A stretch of DNA of 64,000 bases, from positions 5,828,001-5,892,000 of the forward strand of contig NC_092672.1 in assembly GCF_964355755.1 (NCBI RefSeq). The letters run 5' to 3'. Below the pieces are notes generated by a model. It saw only the letters and a list, made by a program, of their open reading frames with translations, searched no databases and had not been told where the DNA came from. Positions 1-12,300 of this stretch are shown piece by piece. Made by a program: the position numbers and the translations under genes. Source of the stretch: Antedon mediterranea (lineage: Eukaryota; Animalia; Echinodermata). Positions within the stretch are counted from its first letter, which is position 1. Every line of letters starts with the position of its first letter.

Positions 1-106
1 GTGATTATGCAACGTCTCTGTATTGCGTTCTAGTGGTAACCACGCTTATAGAGGAAACTTTGTTGGGTCCTAACGGTGTCATTAATAATGATTCAAATTT
101 ATCTAA

Positions 107-258
107 AGCTCTGTCTACACTATCAAACTAGTTTGACACAAAAAAGTGTACCCAAATATGGTAGTGATATTCCCAAATATGGTATGACATCATCATGTCC
201 ATATATGGGCACATCACATTTTTTTGGTCACATAAAGTTTGATAGTGTAGACAGATCT
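107..258. mobile_element. PIF/Harbinger (Tourist-like) MITE, ~130-210 bp family; representative copy
   Basis: TIR AGCTCTGTCTACACTATCAAACT with TAA on both sides. Other copies at about 1505-1629, 2742-2898, 4422-4451 (partial), 22399-22611, 28766-28903, 29135-29283, 30939-31095, 32705-32730 (partial), 36104-36336 (interrupted), 56144-56272. A TWA TSD is typical of PIF/Harbinger. Confidence 0.85.
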
Positions 259-311
259 TAAGACAGCCTCATATATTTAGATTTTATGGGTGCATGAATA
301 TACTTTAATAC

Positions 312-3300
312 CTTGATGGACTACTTGAACTTGCTATGTATTTACCAACACCTGATCGATATACTACTGGTTTATCTGATGTCTTACTAACAGGTTTGGA
401 AGGTCCTGCCGCCATTTTGGCAGCTTCGTCGTCTTTTACTTGTTGCCTGTCATTTGCCAACTGTGAATAAATGTGATTTTACAATTACTATCAATATCAG
501 TAGACACAACAATGATTACATTTTACAATTACTATCAATATCAGTAGACACAACAATGATTACATTTTACAATTACTATCAATATCAGTAGACACAACAA
601 TGATTACATTTTACAATTACTATCAATATCAGTAGACACAAAAATGATTACATTTTACAATTACTATCAATATCAGTAGACACAACAATGATTACATTTT
701 ACAATTACTATCAATATCAGTAGACACAACAATTATTACATTTTACAATTACTATCAATATCAGTAGACACAAAAATGATTACATTTTACAATTACTATC
801 AATATCAGTAGACACAACAATGATTACATTTTACAATTGCTATCAATATCAGTAGACCCAACAATGATTACATTTTACAATTACTATCAATATCAGTAGA
901 CCCAACAATGATTACATTTTACAATTACTATCAATATCAGTAGACACAACAATGATTACATTTTACAATTGCTATCAATATAAGTAGACCCAACAATGAT
1001 TACATTTTACAATTACTATCAATATCAGTAGACACAACAATGATTACATTTTACAATTACTATCAATATCAGTAGACCCAACAATGATTACATTTTACAA
1101 TTACTATCAATATCAGTAGACACAACAATGATTACATTTTACAATTACTATCAATATCAGTAGACACAACAATGATTACATTTTACAATTACTATCAATA
1201 TCAGTAGACACAACAATTATTACATTTTACAATTACTATCAATATCAGTAGACACAACAATGATTACATTTTACAATTACTATCAATATCAGTAGACACA
1301 ACAATGATTACATTTTACAATTACTATCAATATCAGTAGACACAACAATTATTACATTTTACAATTACTATCAATATCAGTAGACACAACAATGATTACA
1401 TTTTACAATTACTATCAATATCGTTCGATAGAAACAGGAAAATTGCCTTTTAAACCCCCATAATATAAACAACGTATGCCAAAAACTACCTTATCCAAGC
1501 CTAAGGCTCTGTCTATACTATCAAACTTTATGTGACAAAAATATGTGATGTGGCCACATATGGACACAATGACATCATATCACTACCATATTTGGGCACA
1601 TCCCACTTTTTGATAGTGTAAACAGAACTTAACACAAAATGTTGCAATGGGCTACTTACTTGTTCATCAGCCTCTTCATAAGGGTTCACAAATACAGAAG
1701 CTTTCACTATTTTAATTTCTTCTTTAGGCCTGTCAGTTTTATCTGTTTCAATTTTCTCCATAGCAGTTAGCGTATCCAAGCCGCCAACTACTCGACCAAA
1801 CACAGTGTGTTTTCCATCAAGATGCCGGCATGATCGGTATGTTAAGAAACTATATTAAGAATATAGAGTTATCATCTTCTGGTGGTGTGTAAGCAGGAAA
1901 ACTTTACATTACATGTCCAAGACCACAAATCTGGTTCTGGTCTTCTCGGATAAGGACTATAAACCGTAGGTCCAGTGTGCACATCTAGTACAACCCAGTA
2001 CATCTTTCGAGACAAGTTACCTCAGTGTACTAGTACACACACAGCCACTGATCATAACTGGGCCCTCTGGGAGACCAATTTCGATTCAATCAATGCCAGA
2101 ATGATCAGTATATTAAGAATACACTGTATCAATAAAGGATAATCTGATTCAATTAAGATCATCTATGTTCTAGTAAGAATTGTGAAAACCTTTGAATCAA
2201 ACATTACATGCCAAGAACACAAATCAATGGGTCCATTGAATGGCTAAAACTCTGGCAAGTCTCTAGAACACTACCCTAAGTACCAACTGAATTCCACTGG
2301 GATATTAACAAAATATTGCAAAAAAAACTTACAATTGCGATTTGTTAGTATCTGGTCCCGAGTTAGCCATGCTTAATACTCCACGGCCTGTATGAGTTAA
2401 GTTGGGTTTAAAATCATCTCCAAATGCTCCTCCCCATATAGACTCTCCACCTTCACAAGAAAAGAAAAAAATCATACACTTTGAGCAAGAAAAAGTGATC
2501 AATACATTTTCACATAATGAGATAACCATAAACAATGACACAACAAAGTTGCCACAACCAAACACCCTTATAGATTTTATTATCTTTAGCCTTCCATATT
2601 TTTATTTTCTAAGTCTTGTTTGTGGGTAGTTTAATATATATGAATGTTTGGACATATATATTTAAATAATTTACCTTTGCCAGTTGCTGTTGGATCACCC
2701 CCTTGAATCTGTAATAGAACAAATTTTATTCATTTTGTATAAGCTGTCTACACTATAAAACTAGTTTGACAAAAAAAGGTATGACCAAATATGGTAGTGA
2801 TATGCTTAAATATGGTAGTGATATGACATCATCATGTCCATATATGGGCACATCACATTTTGTTTGTCACATAAAGTTTGATAGTGTAGACAAGGATTTA
2901 GAAACAATTGTAGAAAAACATTTGATGGTGATCAGATATCTAGGAATTTATATACATCTAATCTATATGACTGTTCACACTATTCCACTTCCCTACCCAC
3001 CCACATGGAAGATGGCCTTCTACTTGCCTTGATATTAATCCCTATTACAAACTTACCATAAAGTTTTTTATAGACCTGTGGAACACTGTGTTGTTGTAAT
3101 ACCCATTACTGCAATGCTTCATAAAATTCTCACATGTTTTTGGTACCTAAAAAAAAATCAATATAGATAAAGTAGTACATTAGAAGCCCTAATAACAGAA
3201 GCCCTTGATTAATTGAAGAATTACCTTGTATCTTGTTCCAGAAATAAATGTTAAAATACTTGATAAACAGAACGTTACAACTTTTGCCGATGAAAAAAAA

Positions 3301-6300
3301 GGGGATACATACAAAGATGCTGTTTCCAAAGGGTTGATTGAAATATATATTTATACTGGGTAACCTCTTCAGTCAAAGACTGGTCTCCCAGAGGGCCCAG
3401 TTGGTGATCAGTGGCTGTGATGTACTAATACACCGGGGTACCCCCCTACTCGTCTCGAAAGATGTACTAGGTTCTTTAAAGTGCACACGAGCAAGTTGTG
3501 TACACTGGACCTACGGTTTATAGTCCTTATCCGAGGAGACTCGTTCTACCACCAGAACCATGGAGTGAGTGAGCCTCGAACCCCTGCCGATGTTATGGCT
3601 ACGTGATTACGGTTCCACTGTCTTAACCGCTCGGCCACTCACCCACCCTCCGCTCGGCCACTCACCCACCCTGGTTTCTAGTTTTTATACAAAATATATG
3701 AAAAATGTTTAGGATAAATAAATCAAAGACAACAAAATAGAGGGAAATGGTGAACTGTGATGATGTCTCTAAATATTGGGAGTTTGGTATAGATTGTAAA
3801 CAAGAACAGATCTTTCTATGTTGTTGTATGCGGTAATTAATAAGGTGACCTGTCAATATTGACCTGCAATCAGAAACTTACCATTTCACAGTGCAGTTCA
3901 ATATTCAATGTGCCTTTGTTGGTTGTTAACCTAACATATCCCTTCTTCCTTACTCTTTCATATCGGATAATGTCTTCGTCAATCACCGCTAAAATACACA
4001 ATTTCTACATTTAACCTGTCTAATAATTAATTTTGCTTATTTTTGCCTATTATGGTAGATTTTTTAATCTCCAGTATCATACAGTCACGTTTGTATGCTC
4101 AACTTTTAAAAATCCTGATACACAGACAATAAATTATCTTTTATTAATATTCAATAGTTATTGGTTCAATATGTTTTTTTCAATGACCATTAACAAAAAA
4201 AAAAATATCGGTATCAGTTTGGTTTACTACAGTGGCTAAACAATTATTTTGAACGTTTACCATTTTTTAATAAATAATAAAAAGTTTTGAAGAAGTTTTT
4301 AATATATATTTAGATAACATACCAGCTTCATGCTTTGTCTCTATATCTATAGCAGTTGATGTGAAGCCAGCAGCAACCTTGCCAGTACTGTAATGGGCCT
4401 GCAAAGTGTTAAAATGTCATTAAAACTAGTTTGATAGTGTAGACAGAGCTTAAGACTAAATATAAATAGATAATTACGGCATTGAATGAATCTGCATGTT
4501 TGACAACTTCTTCCTTTTTCTCCTACAAGACAAAAACAATTTAACAGTTATAAGTAGGTTGATTTTTTAACGCAGTCCAGTCAACTACCTCACGTTTATC
4601 AAAAGCTGAACGTTTAAAGATGTAACAAAACAAAAAACAAGAAAAATGAAGATTAATTAAATCAGACTTAAGTCTTATTATGTTATTTTGTAGTTTTAAT
4701 TAAGTTAATCACTTCTGCACAAAAATAATGTTTTCACTTATAAAATGACAAAATAAATTGTTAAATTCAACAAGCAAAACATTATAATTGGTTAACAGCC
4801 AATTTGACTACTTTTTTTTCTCTTTAAATTACAGTATTTTCAAGTAAATAAATTAGTTTTCGATCCAATTTTGAGTCAAAGTGGTTAAAACTATTATATG
4901 AAATTAAAATGGCATATTTAAAAAAAATTGTAATAATTAAATTTTTCAGAGGTACAATACATCTTTAATAGTGCTGTTCATCATTTATTAGTGCAAAATA
5001 ATGAATAGCACATCAATCAATCAAATGGCACGGATACACTAAAGTGTGCAATAATATGTACTTACAGGTGCTTTGTAGTCCCGATATAATTCTGATAAGA
5101 TATCATCTGTTTCTGCATTTGTCTTGTTCAAATAATATTTTGATCCTCCTTTAGCTTTTCTTTCCTCTATAAAATTATGAACATTCAGAAAATAATATTA
5201 GGGAGCTTTCTCTTTAAGATGACTAAGAACCGATCTAGGTCAGGTAAATCCATGTGTGTCAGTCATCGTCTGGACCTAAAACCTGGGCTGAGGTGAGGAG
5301 CGAGGATACATATGAGGATAAGACAGTAGAACCCCATTTGAAACACTCCTATTAAGGGGACACTCCTATTAAGGGGACACCATATTCAGGGGACACCATA
5401 TTCAGGAGACACCATATTCAGGAGACACCCTATTAAGGGGACACCATATTCAGGAGACACCCTATTAAGGGGACACCATATTCAGGAGACACCCTATTAA
5501 GGGGACACCATATTTAGGGGACACCTCATTCAGGGGACACCATATTCAGGGGACACCTCATTCAGGGGACACCTCATTCAGGGGACACCTCATTCAGGGG
5601 ACACCCTATTCAGGAGACACCTCATTCAGAAGGTTTTCCAATCAGGGGACACCACCTATTCAGGGGACACCCCATTCAGGGGACACCATATTCAGGGGAC
5701 ACCCTATTAAGGGGACACCATATTCAGGGGACACCATATTCAGGGGACACCATATTCAGGGGACACCCTATTCAGGAGAAACCTCATTCAGAAGGCTCTC
5801 CCAATCAGGGGACACCACCTTTTCAGGGGACACCCCATTCAGAAGGCTTTCTAATCAGGGGACACCATATTCAGAAGGCTCTCTAATCAGGGGACACTTT
5901 CCTGTTAAAAGAAAGGCAATAAGAGTTTTAACACTACGGTCAAGGGTCAATTCTTTGACCGTAAAAACAGTAATGTTCTTTTTCACTATCACACTTATCA
6001 CACTATTTATTTCTTGCGTTATAAGTGTGGCAATTTATTTTTAAAAACTACACAATGATCTTTTTCAAGTCTCCTTATATTAAATAATTGAGTCCTGTAT
6101 CACTTACCTTCTGTTTCTGTTTTAATGTTGTTCTTTACATGATGAAATGCACTAATGTTAAATTTCTTTAAATCGTTTGGATCTTGTAACGTTATAATGT
6201 CTTTGCGGGTGAATGGTTCATCATTCAAAAGATCTTTCCAATTCTTTGTTTTTATGTTTAATTGATCAACTGCCTACAAAAGATAAAGTTTAAAAGTCAC

Positions 6301-9300
6301 TTTAAAGGTGCCATAGATATATTATTGGCTAGAGAGCCAACTAGGTACATTAAAGTGATGCTAATAGGTTATGAGGCATTTTTTAGCCTCAACACATGCT
6401 TCTCACAGGCTATCTAATATACCCTACCATTGTATTACTATATTGCTCACTTTATTGCACAAATATTTTAATAAGTTAGGGGGTATTTTTTTAAATAAGT
6501 TAGGGGGAATTTTTTAGCCTTTCATCAAACTGTATATTTATAAATATTGTAAACAATTCAACCAAACTTACTTCTTGTGCATAAACATTGCCAGTGGTTT
6601 TGATAGCCACAATAGTGGAGTTGTCGGTGAAAATCTTGAATGTAACTGGACAATGATACTTTCCTATTAATGAAAACATTAACAAATAATTGAGTATAAT
6701 CACACTTACCACTCATATGTTGTTCAAGCCCTACATGAGATAATTTACTTATTTTATTCACAAATTTTAAAGCAAAATGGCACTGAGCTTGGCCAACTAT
6801 TGTTTGAGCTAGTCATCCATTCATACTGTATGACCTTCTAAATAAGCAAACTTTATTACTCTCTCACTTCTCTACTCATCCACAATCTAAACACACAATT
6901 TCACATGACACCCTATTAAAGAGAAAATTTCTTGTTAGATGAGGGGCAATATATGAAAACAACAATTTAGGGACATTTTGGAGGGTCCCAAAAAGATTCT
7001 TTTGTATACAGTTATGCACTTGTCAATTGTATGATCCACAATTTGACCCACAGGAGAGGTGCACCATTTTTCGATGTGTGTCATACCTTAAAAATACCAT
7101 GACACACCCCTGCATCAAAAAGTGACTTACCTTTAGGTAACCCTGACGCACCCATTTTGAAGAACAATTAAGATGTTTTTTTTTATAATGGGATGTTAAA
7201 GTAACGGACATTGACACACCATTGTTCATTGATGTGATTTAACAATTACGTTTTTTTTTTACACATCCCTGTACCAATAATTATTTTTAAATGATGCACC
7301 ATAACTCACATTTACAAGGGGTTGTATAGTGGGTCATACAATTGACAAAATATATTAACTAAACTTACCATTAGAATTTTTGTGAATAGTCAACTTTACC
7401 AAAGCCTTTGTATCCATTGGCTGAAATACAAAAAGTTTTAAAAAGGTTAAAAGTTACATTCTAGAGACACCGGTGTTAAAAATATGAACAGAATTTGGCA
7501 CAAAAGAATTTCAAAAATGCGATCGCACATTACGTGGTGGAAAAAGTCTAATACCAGACCTATTTAGGTTATAACAACAATGTAATGGATGTGTTGAGTC
7601 GTTCATAATTTATTATTTACATTATCAAATGTATTTTGAGCGCAACACGTTTTTGTGGTAGTGGTGTGATATTACATATGTTTTATTGATACGCTGAGCA
7701 ACTTTTCTTGACCAATAATTTTATTTCTTATCGTCACATGTTAAAGTTCCAAAATTACATAATTTCAAAAGATGTTTACAATAATAATAATTTAATGCCA
7801 CACTGGTCACAATCTAAAAAAAACAACCTAAAAAAGTTTTGGAATAAAAATACAACCAATCAATGTTACCTCTCCTGTAATAGGATTAATTCCATAACGT
7901 TTCAGAAACGGAAGAATATTTGTAAGGTCAAATATCACACCCTCCTTCGTACAATAAGGATGTTCAAACGGCTGGAGAGAAAGGCTATGAGGAAAAAAAA
8001 GAGAAAATGCATGATTGGTGGCGACAAACAAATTACTTTATCTATTGCTTTATATACAACTTACAGAAAATTCTTGACAATTACAGATTCATATCAAGAT
8101 ACCAAAAGTAGGCAAAAATAAATAAAAAGTTATTTATTAAATTTGTTCTTTTTTTTAGTGCATTTACTTACCTACAATGATCAAATGGCAATCGCTTGAA
8201 GTCCGACTTTCCACTTTTTCCTATATGTAAATAGAATTTTTTTTTAAATATAACAAAAATACTAAAGGTAATTTATTATACTGTACCTATTTTGTGATAA
8301 CCAAGTGGGAATCATAGGTATCATTCTAAAAGAAAACCTTAAAGGTAATTTATTATACTGTACCTATTTTGTGATAACCAAGTGGGAATCATAGGTATCA
8401 TTCTAAAAGAAAACCTTAAAAGTTTACAATTAAACATCCTATTGGTAAACTGTATTATATTAAAAATGATATTCAATACTATAGTTTTAAAATGAGTTTA
8501 TGAATATTTAAAAGTGTGAGTATGCATGTCTTATTTTTTTAGGAATTTTCGTAGCGGACAAAATTTGATAAAATGCATAATAAAACCTTTTTAGAAAACA
8601 GTTAGATGTACTAACCTGCCTTTTTTCCTCCAAATAAGTTTGTCCATTCTTTGGACGTAATATACCTGAAACAATAACAAAATGAATTAATGAAATACTG
8701 TAGTAAACACAAATGAAAACAAAATGCTTTGTGGCTGAATATAAATTTACTAACTAAGTAAATATAAACATACATTTTGAAAAATGGAAGGTGGTTTATG
8801 GTAGCACTCAACATCGTACACCACTCTAAATGAGTGGTGCAAGAGGCTGGTGGGCCGGTCGTGGCCCTCTATTAGCCGGGTGTCACGAAAGCTCAGACCA
8901 CGAAAGCTCAGACCCCCTAAGACCTAAGATCACGAAAGCTAAGACCCAACACCTAAGATTACAAATATTTATCTTTCGCACCTGCCTTGTATTTTAACTC
9001 CCAACATTTATTCTGAATACCACACCTTAGAATTGGCACTTTCATGAAAAAGAATCACATAAAAAGTAACAAATACATTTTTAAATTGATGATTTTACAG
9101 ACGTTTTTCTCGCACACAAAATGACTAGCCTACAGTACAGTAGGCCTACCCCATGGGCCATGTTCAATGTTTTTGTTTCTATGGAACATCAAAAGAGCAA
9201 AAATTATATAGAGGGCTGAAAACTCTGTGGAGTCCATCTACAGTGTGGATGGAACAATGTAAAATTAAAATTGTAATGATAATAGTATAATCATGCAAGT

Positions 9301-12300
9301 ACGAAGAAATAAATACTGGCAAATAAATTTTAATTTAAAAATCATGATAAGTTTTTTTGTTTCGTTTTCTTTCTGTTTTTATACTTGTACTATTATTGTT
9401 GCTCTTTTGGCGCTCCATAGAAACAAAAACATTGAGCATGGGGAGCTCGAGGAGTTACATTGTCATTACAGCATACAGTACAAAGAAACACATCTGTAAA
9501 ATCATCAATTTAAAGGATTTATTTATTTGTTATTATGTGTTTCTCCTTCTGAAAGTACTTATAAGTCCTAATTTTAAAGTGTGGTGTTCAGGATAAAGTT
9601 AGTCAACAAATTTGGAGTCAAAATACAAGAAAGGCAGGTGCGTAAGAAAAACATCCTCGGAACCAACAGAATGGAGTAAATATATACCAACAAACAACCC
9701 GTCAAGTTTGTTTGTTGTAAAGAAAAAATATACATTTACTCAACGGGCGAAAATAATGTGAGTTTATCTATGTTTTGCGGTAGTATTAAATTATATTTAT
9801 GGTAATAAATGAAACCTACTGTGTTTAAAATTATGTATGGATAAACAAGTATTGTTTTTAAGCTGTAGTATATCTTAGTATTTGTAATCTTAGGTGTTGG
9901 GTCTTAGCTTTCGTAATCTTAGGTCTTAGGGGGGCTGAGCTTTCGTGGTCTGAGGTTTCGTGACACCCCTCTATTAGCCCCCTCGTCTTCTGAAATTGTC
10001 TTTTAAATAGTATGGTTGTGTCAACTTCTACTGTACTGGCAGGAGAGCATTCCATGAATTTACGACTCGTTGGGTAAAAAAATGACTACGGCAATTTAAT
10101 CAAGCATTATTCTTTTTCAATTTATGTTTATGACCCCTAGTGGCGGTATATTCAGACTTTTATTTTGAAAAAGTAAATCACTACCAATAGCCTCTTTGTT
10201 ACAAAGAAAATTATATGTTTGAATCATGTCCCCTCTATGTCGTCTTTCTTCTAAATTCAAATTCAAATTCAAATTCAAAATTCTTTAATCATCCCACACG
10301 GGGCAATTCAAATAAAAAGGTCTGGATTAAAATGATCTTACAAAATATACAAAATATCACAATACACAGAACAAAATAGAAAAAAAGTCAAGTCAAGGTT
10401 CAAGAATTTAAGAGTCGAATAGCCACTGGCAAAAACGAATTCCTTTTCCGGTTTGTTCTACATGCCGGGCATCGAAAGCGACGCCCATGAGGCATGAGCT
10501 CGAAATCACTGAACAAGGCATGGTTAATATTTTTTTGTTAAATTAAAAACTTTTAACCTATCTGCATAGGGCATGCCATGCAAACTAGGTGGTAGCCTAG
10601 TTGTTCTCCTCTGAACTTTTTCTAATAAAAGAATGTCTTTCCTTACTTAGTTGAGGACATTCCTTGGACTTGGTAGCAGGACGTTTCGGGCCAGGGATTT
10701 TTAAGCCCCTGAGAACAAGAAGTTCCAGTCACATAAAATTACTATTAATTAAATCTAATAGTATATTTATTATGCCTAGGCCTAGCCTAGAGGCTAGGGC
10801 CTAGGTAGGCCTACTATAGTAGGCCTAGGCCTAGGCCTATATGTGAAGTTTCTAAATTCTGTGACAATTTTTTTTTCGCCGTGGCTAAAGATACGGTACC
10901 GTATTCTAACTTCTGTTTACTAAAGGTACGGTAAAATTGCATTACGTCATAACCAGCCAATGGGGTGCTGGTACGTGTGTGACGTCATCGTATAAGGACT
11001 TTGGATTTTTTTTTCATATCGCGAAAACAGTATCAACCGCATTTTCTTTATGCTTCATTTATCGCTATTATCGCCGTCGTGTGTGACAAAAACTAAATGT
11101 AGCCTACGTCTGTTATTATTATTGAAAAGCGAAAACATGTTGATTTTAATTCTAGAATACAGAGAAAACCGTTTCAAAAGAGGCCTAGGCCTACTTACTA
11201 CGTACTATAACCTCATTATATGAGTTTGTTTGTGTGTAAGGAAAGCGATGCCAGGCTGGGGTCAGCTGCATGTGTGCGCTGATGATTGACTCAGCACTGG
11301 GGCTACTGTCTAAAAATCATAGTATTTGAGGGCCCCTTTATTGTCCGCATTTGCTTGTTGTTTATGGTCACCATTGTAAACAAAGTTTAATAAAAAATAT
11401 AGGCCTAAAGGCCATTTGGAATAAAAATAAAACCCTCATCAGCGCACACACATCCATGCAGCCTGGCGCCGCCGACAGGAATTCTCTACATACAACCAAA
11501 GAATATATATGTTATGCGCGATTTGAACAATTTGAAATTGCGCAAAAAAATCCTTGCGCAATTTGAAATTGCGCAAATAATTCTTGCGCAATTTCAAATT
11601 GCGCAAGGATTTTTTTGCGCAATTTCAAATTGCGCAATCAACTTGCGCAATTTCAAATTGCGCAAGAAAATCTTTGCGCAATTTTAAATTGCGCTGCACA
11701 ATTTGTAAATTGCGCAAGATAGTTCTTGCGCAATATGACACCTTTGCGCAATTTGAAAACGAACTGTAAATTTTCAAATTTCGCAACAAAATTCTACCAG
11801 ACAATCGGTATTATAATAATTTATTGGAAACTAAATAACTCAAAATAAAACATAATAAATCCGAAGATAACATGTGTATAATATAATAAATACATAACAT
11901 TTATTATTACAATTAAATAATACTATCACTGTAACTTGAAATAAATCAAAATAAATGTAAAAATTAAGTTTTTAATATTAGTTTAAGCTAGGCCATGTAA
12001 CCTAGTCAGTATCAGTAGTCCAGACCCTAGCTAGGCTAGAGTAGTATAGCCGGCCGCCCGCGCCGTGCCCGCCTGGTGGAACACCACCGCTTCGTTTTCC
12101 TTCGTTGGTTCTTCGACGGTATGCTAACTTATAACAATATTTATCTTTAATTTTGAATCATTAGAAATTACTATAAAAATATGGGTGTGCATGATTTCAC
12201 AATCTGTCGAAAAACCTTGCGCAATTTGCAGATTACTTGCGCAATTTAATACGTTGCTTGCGCAATTTGAAACACATGTTTCAATTCAAATTGCGCAAGG

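Noticed and set aside
477-1421. CRISPR-like regular array
   Set aside because: Units are contiguous with no unique spacers, the context is a eukaryotic intron, and there are no cas genes.
76-3032. Similar short ORFs containing [15 protein letters not shown]
   Set aside because: They read through copies of the Harbinger-type MITE and are not a gene family.
11351-11769. ORFs with repeated KLRK/AQF motifs
   Set aside because: Translations of the TTGCGCAA subterminal repeats of the nested transposon.
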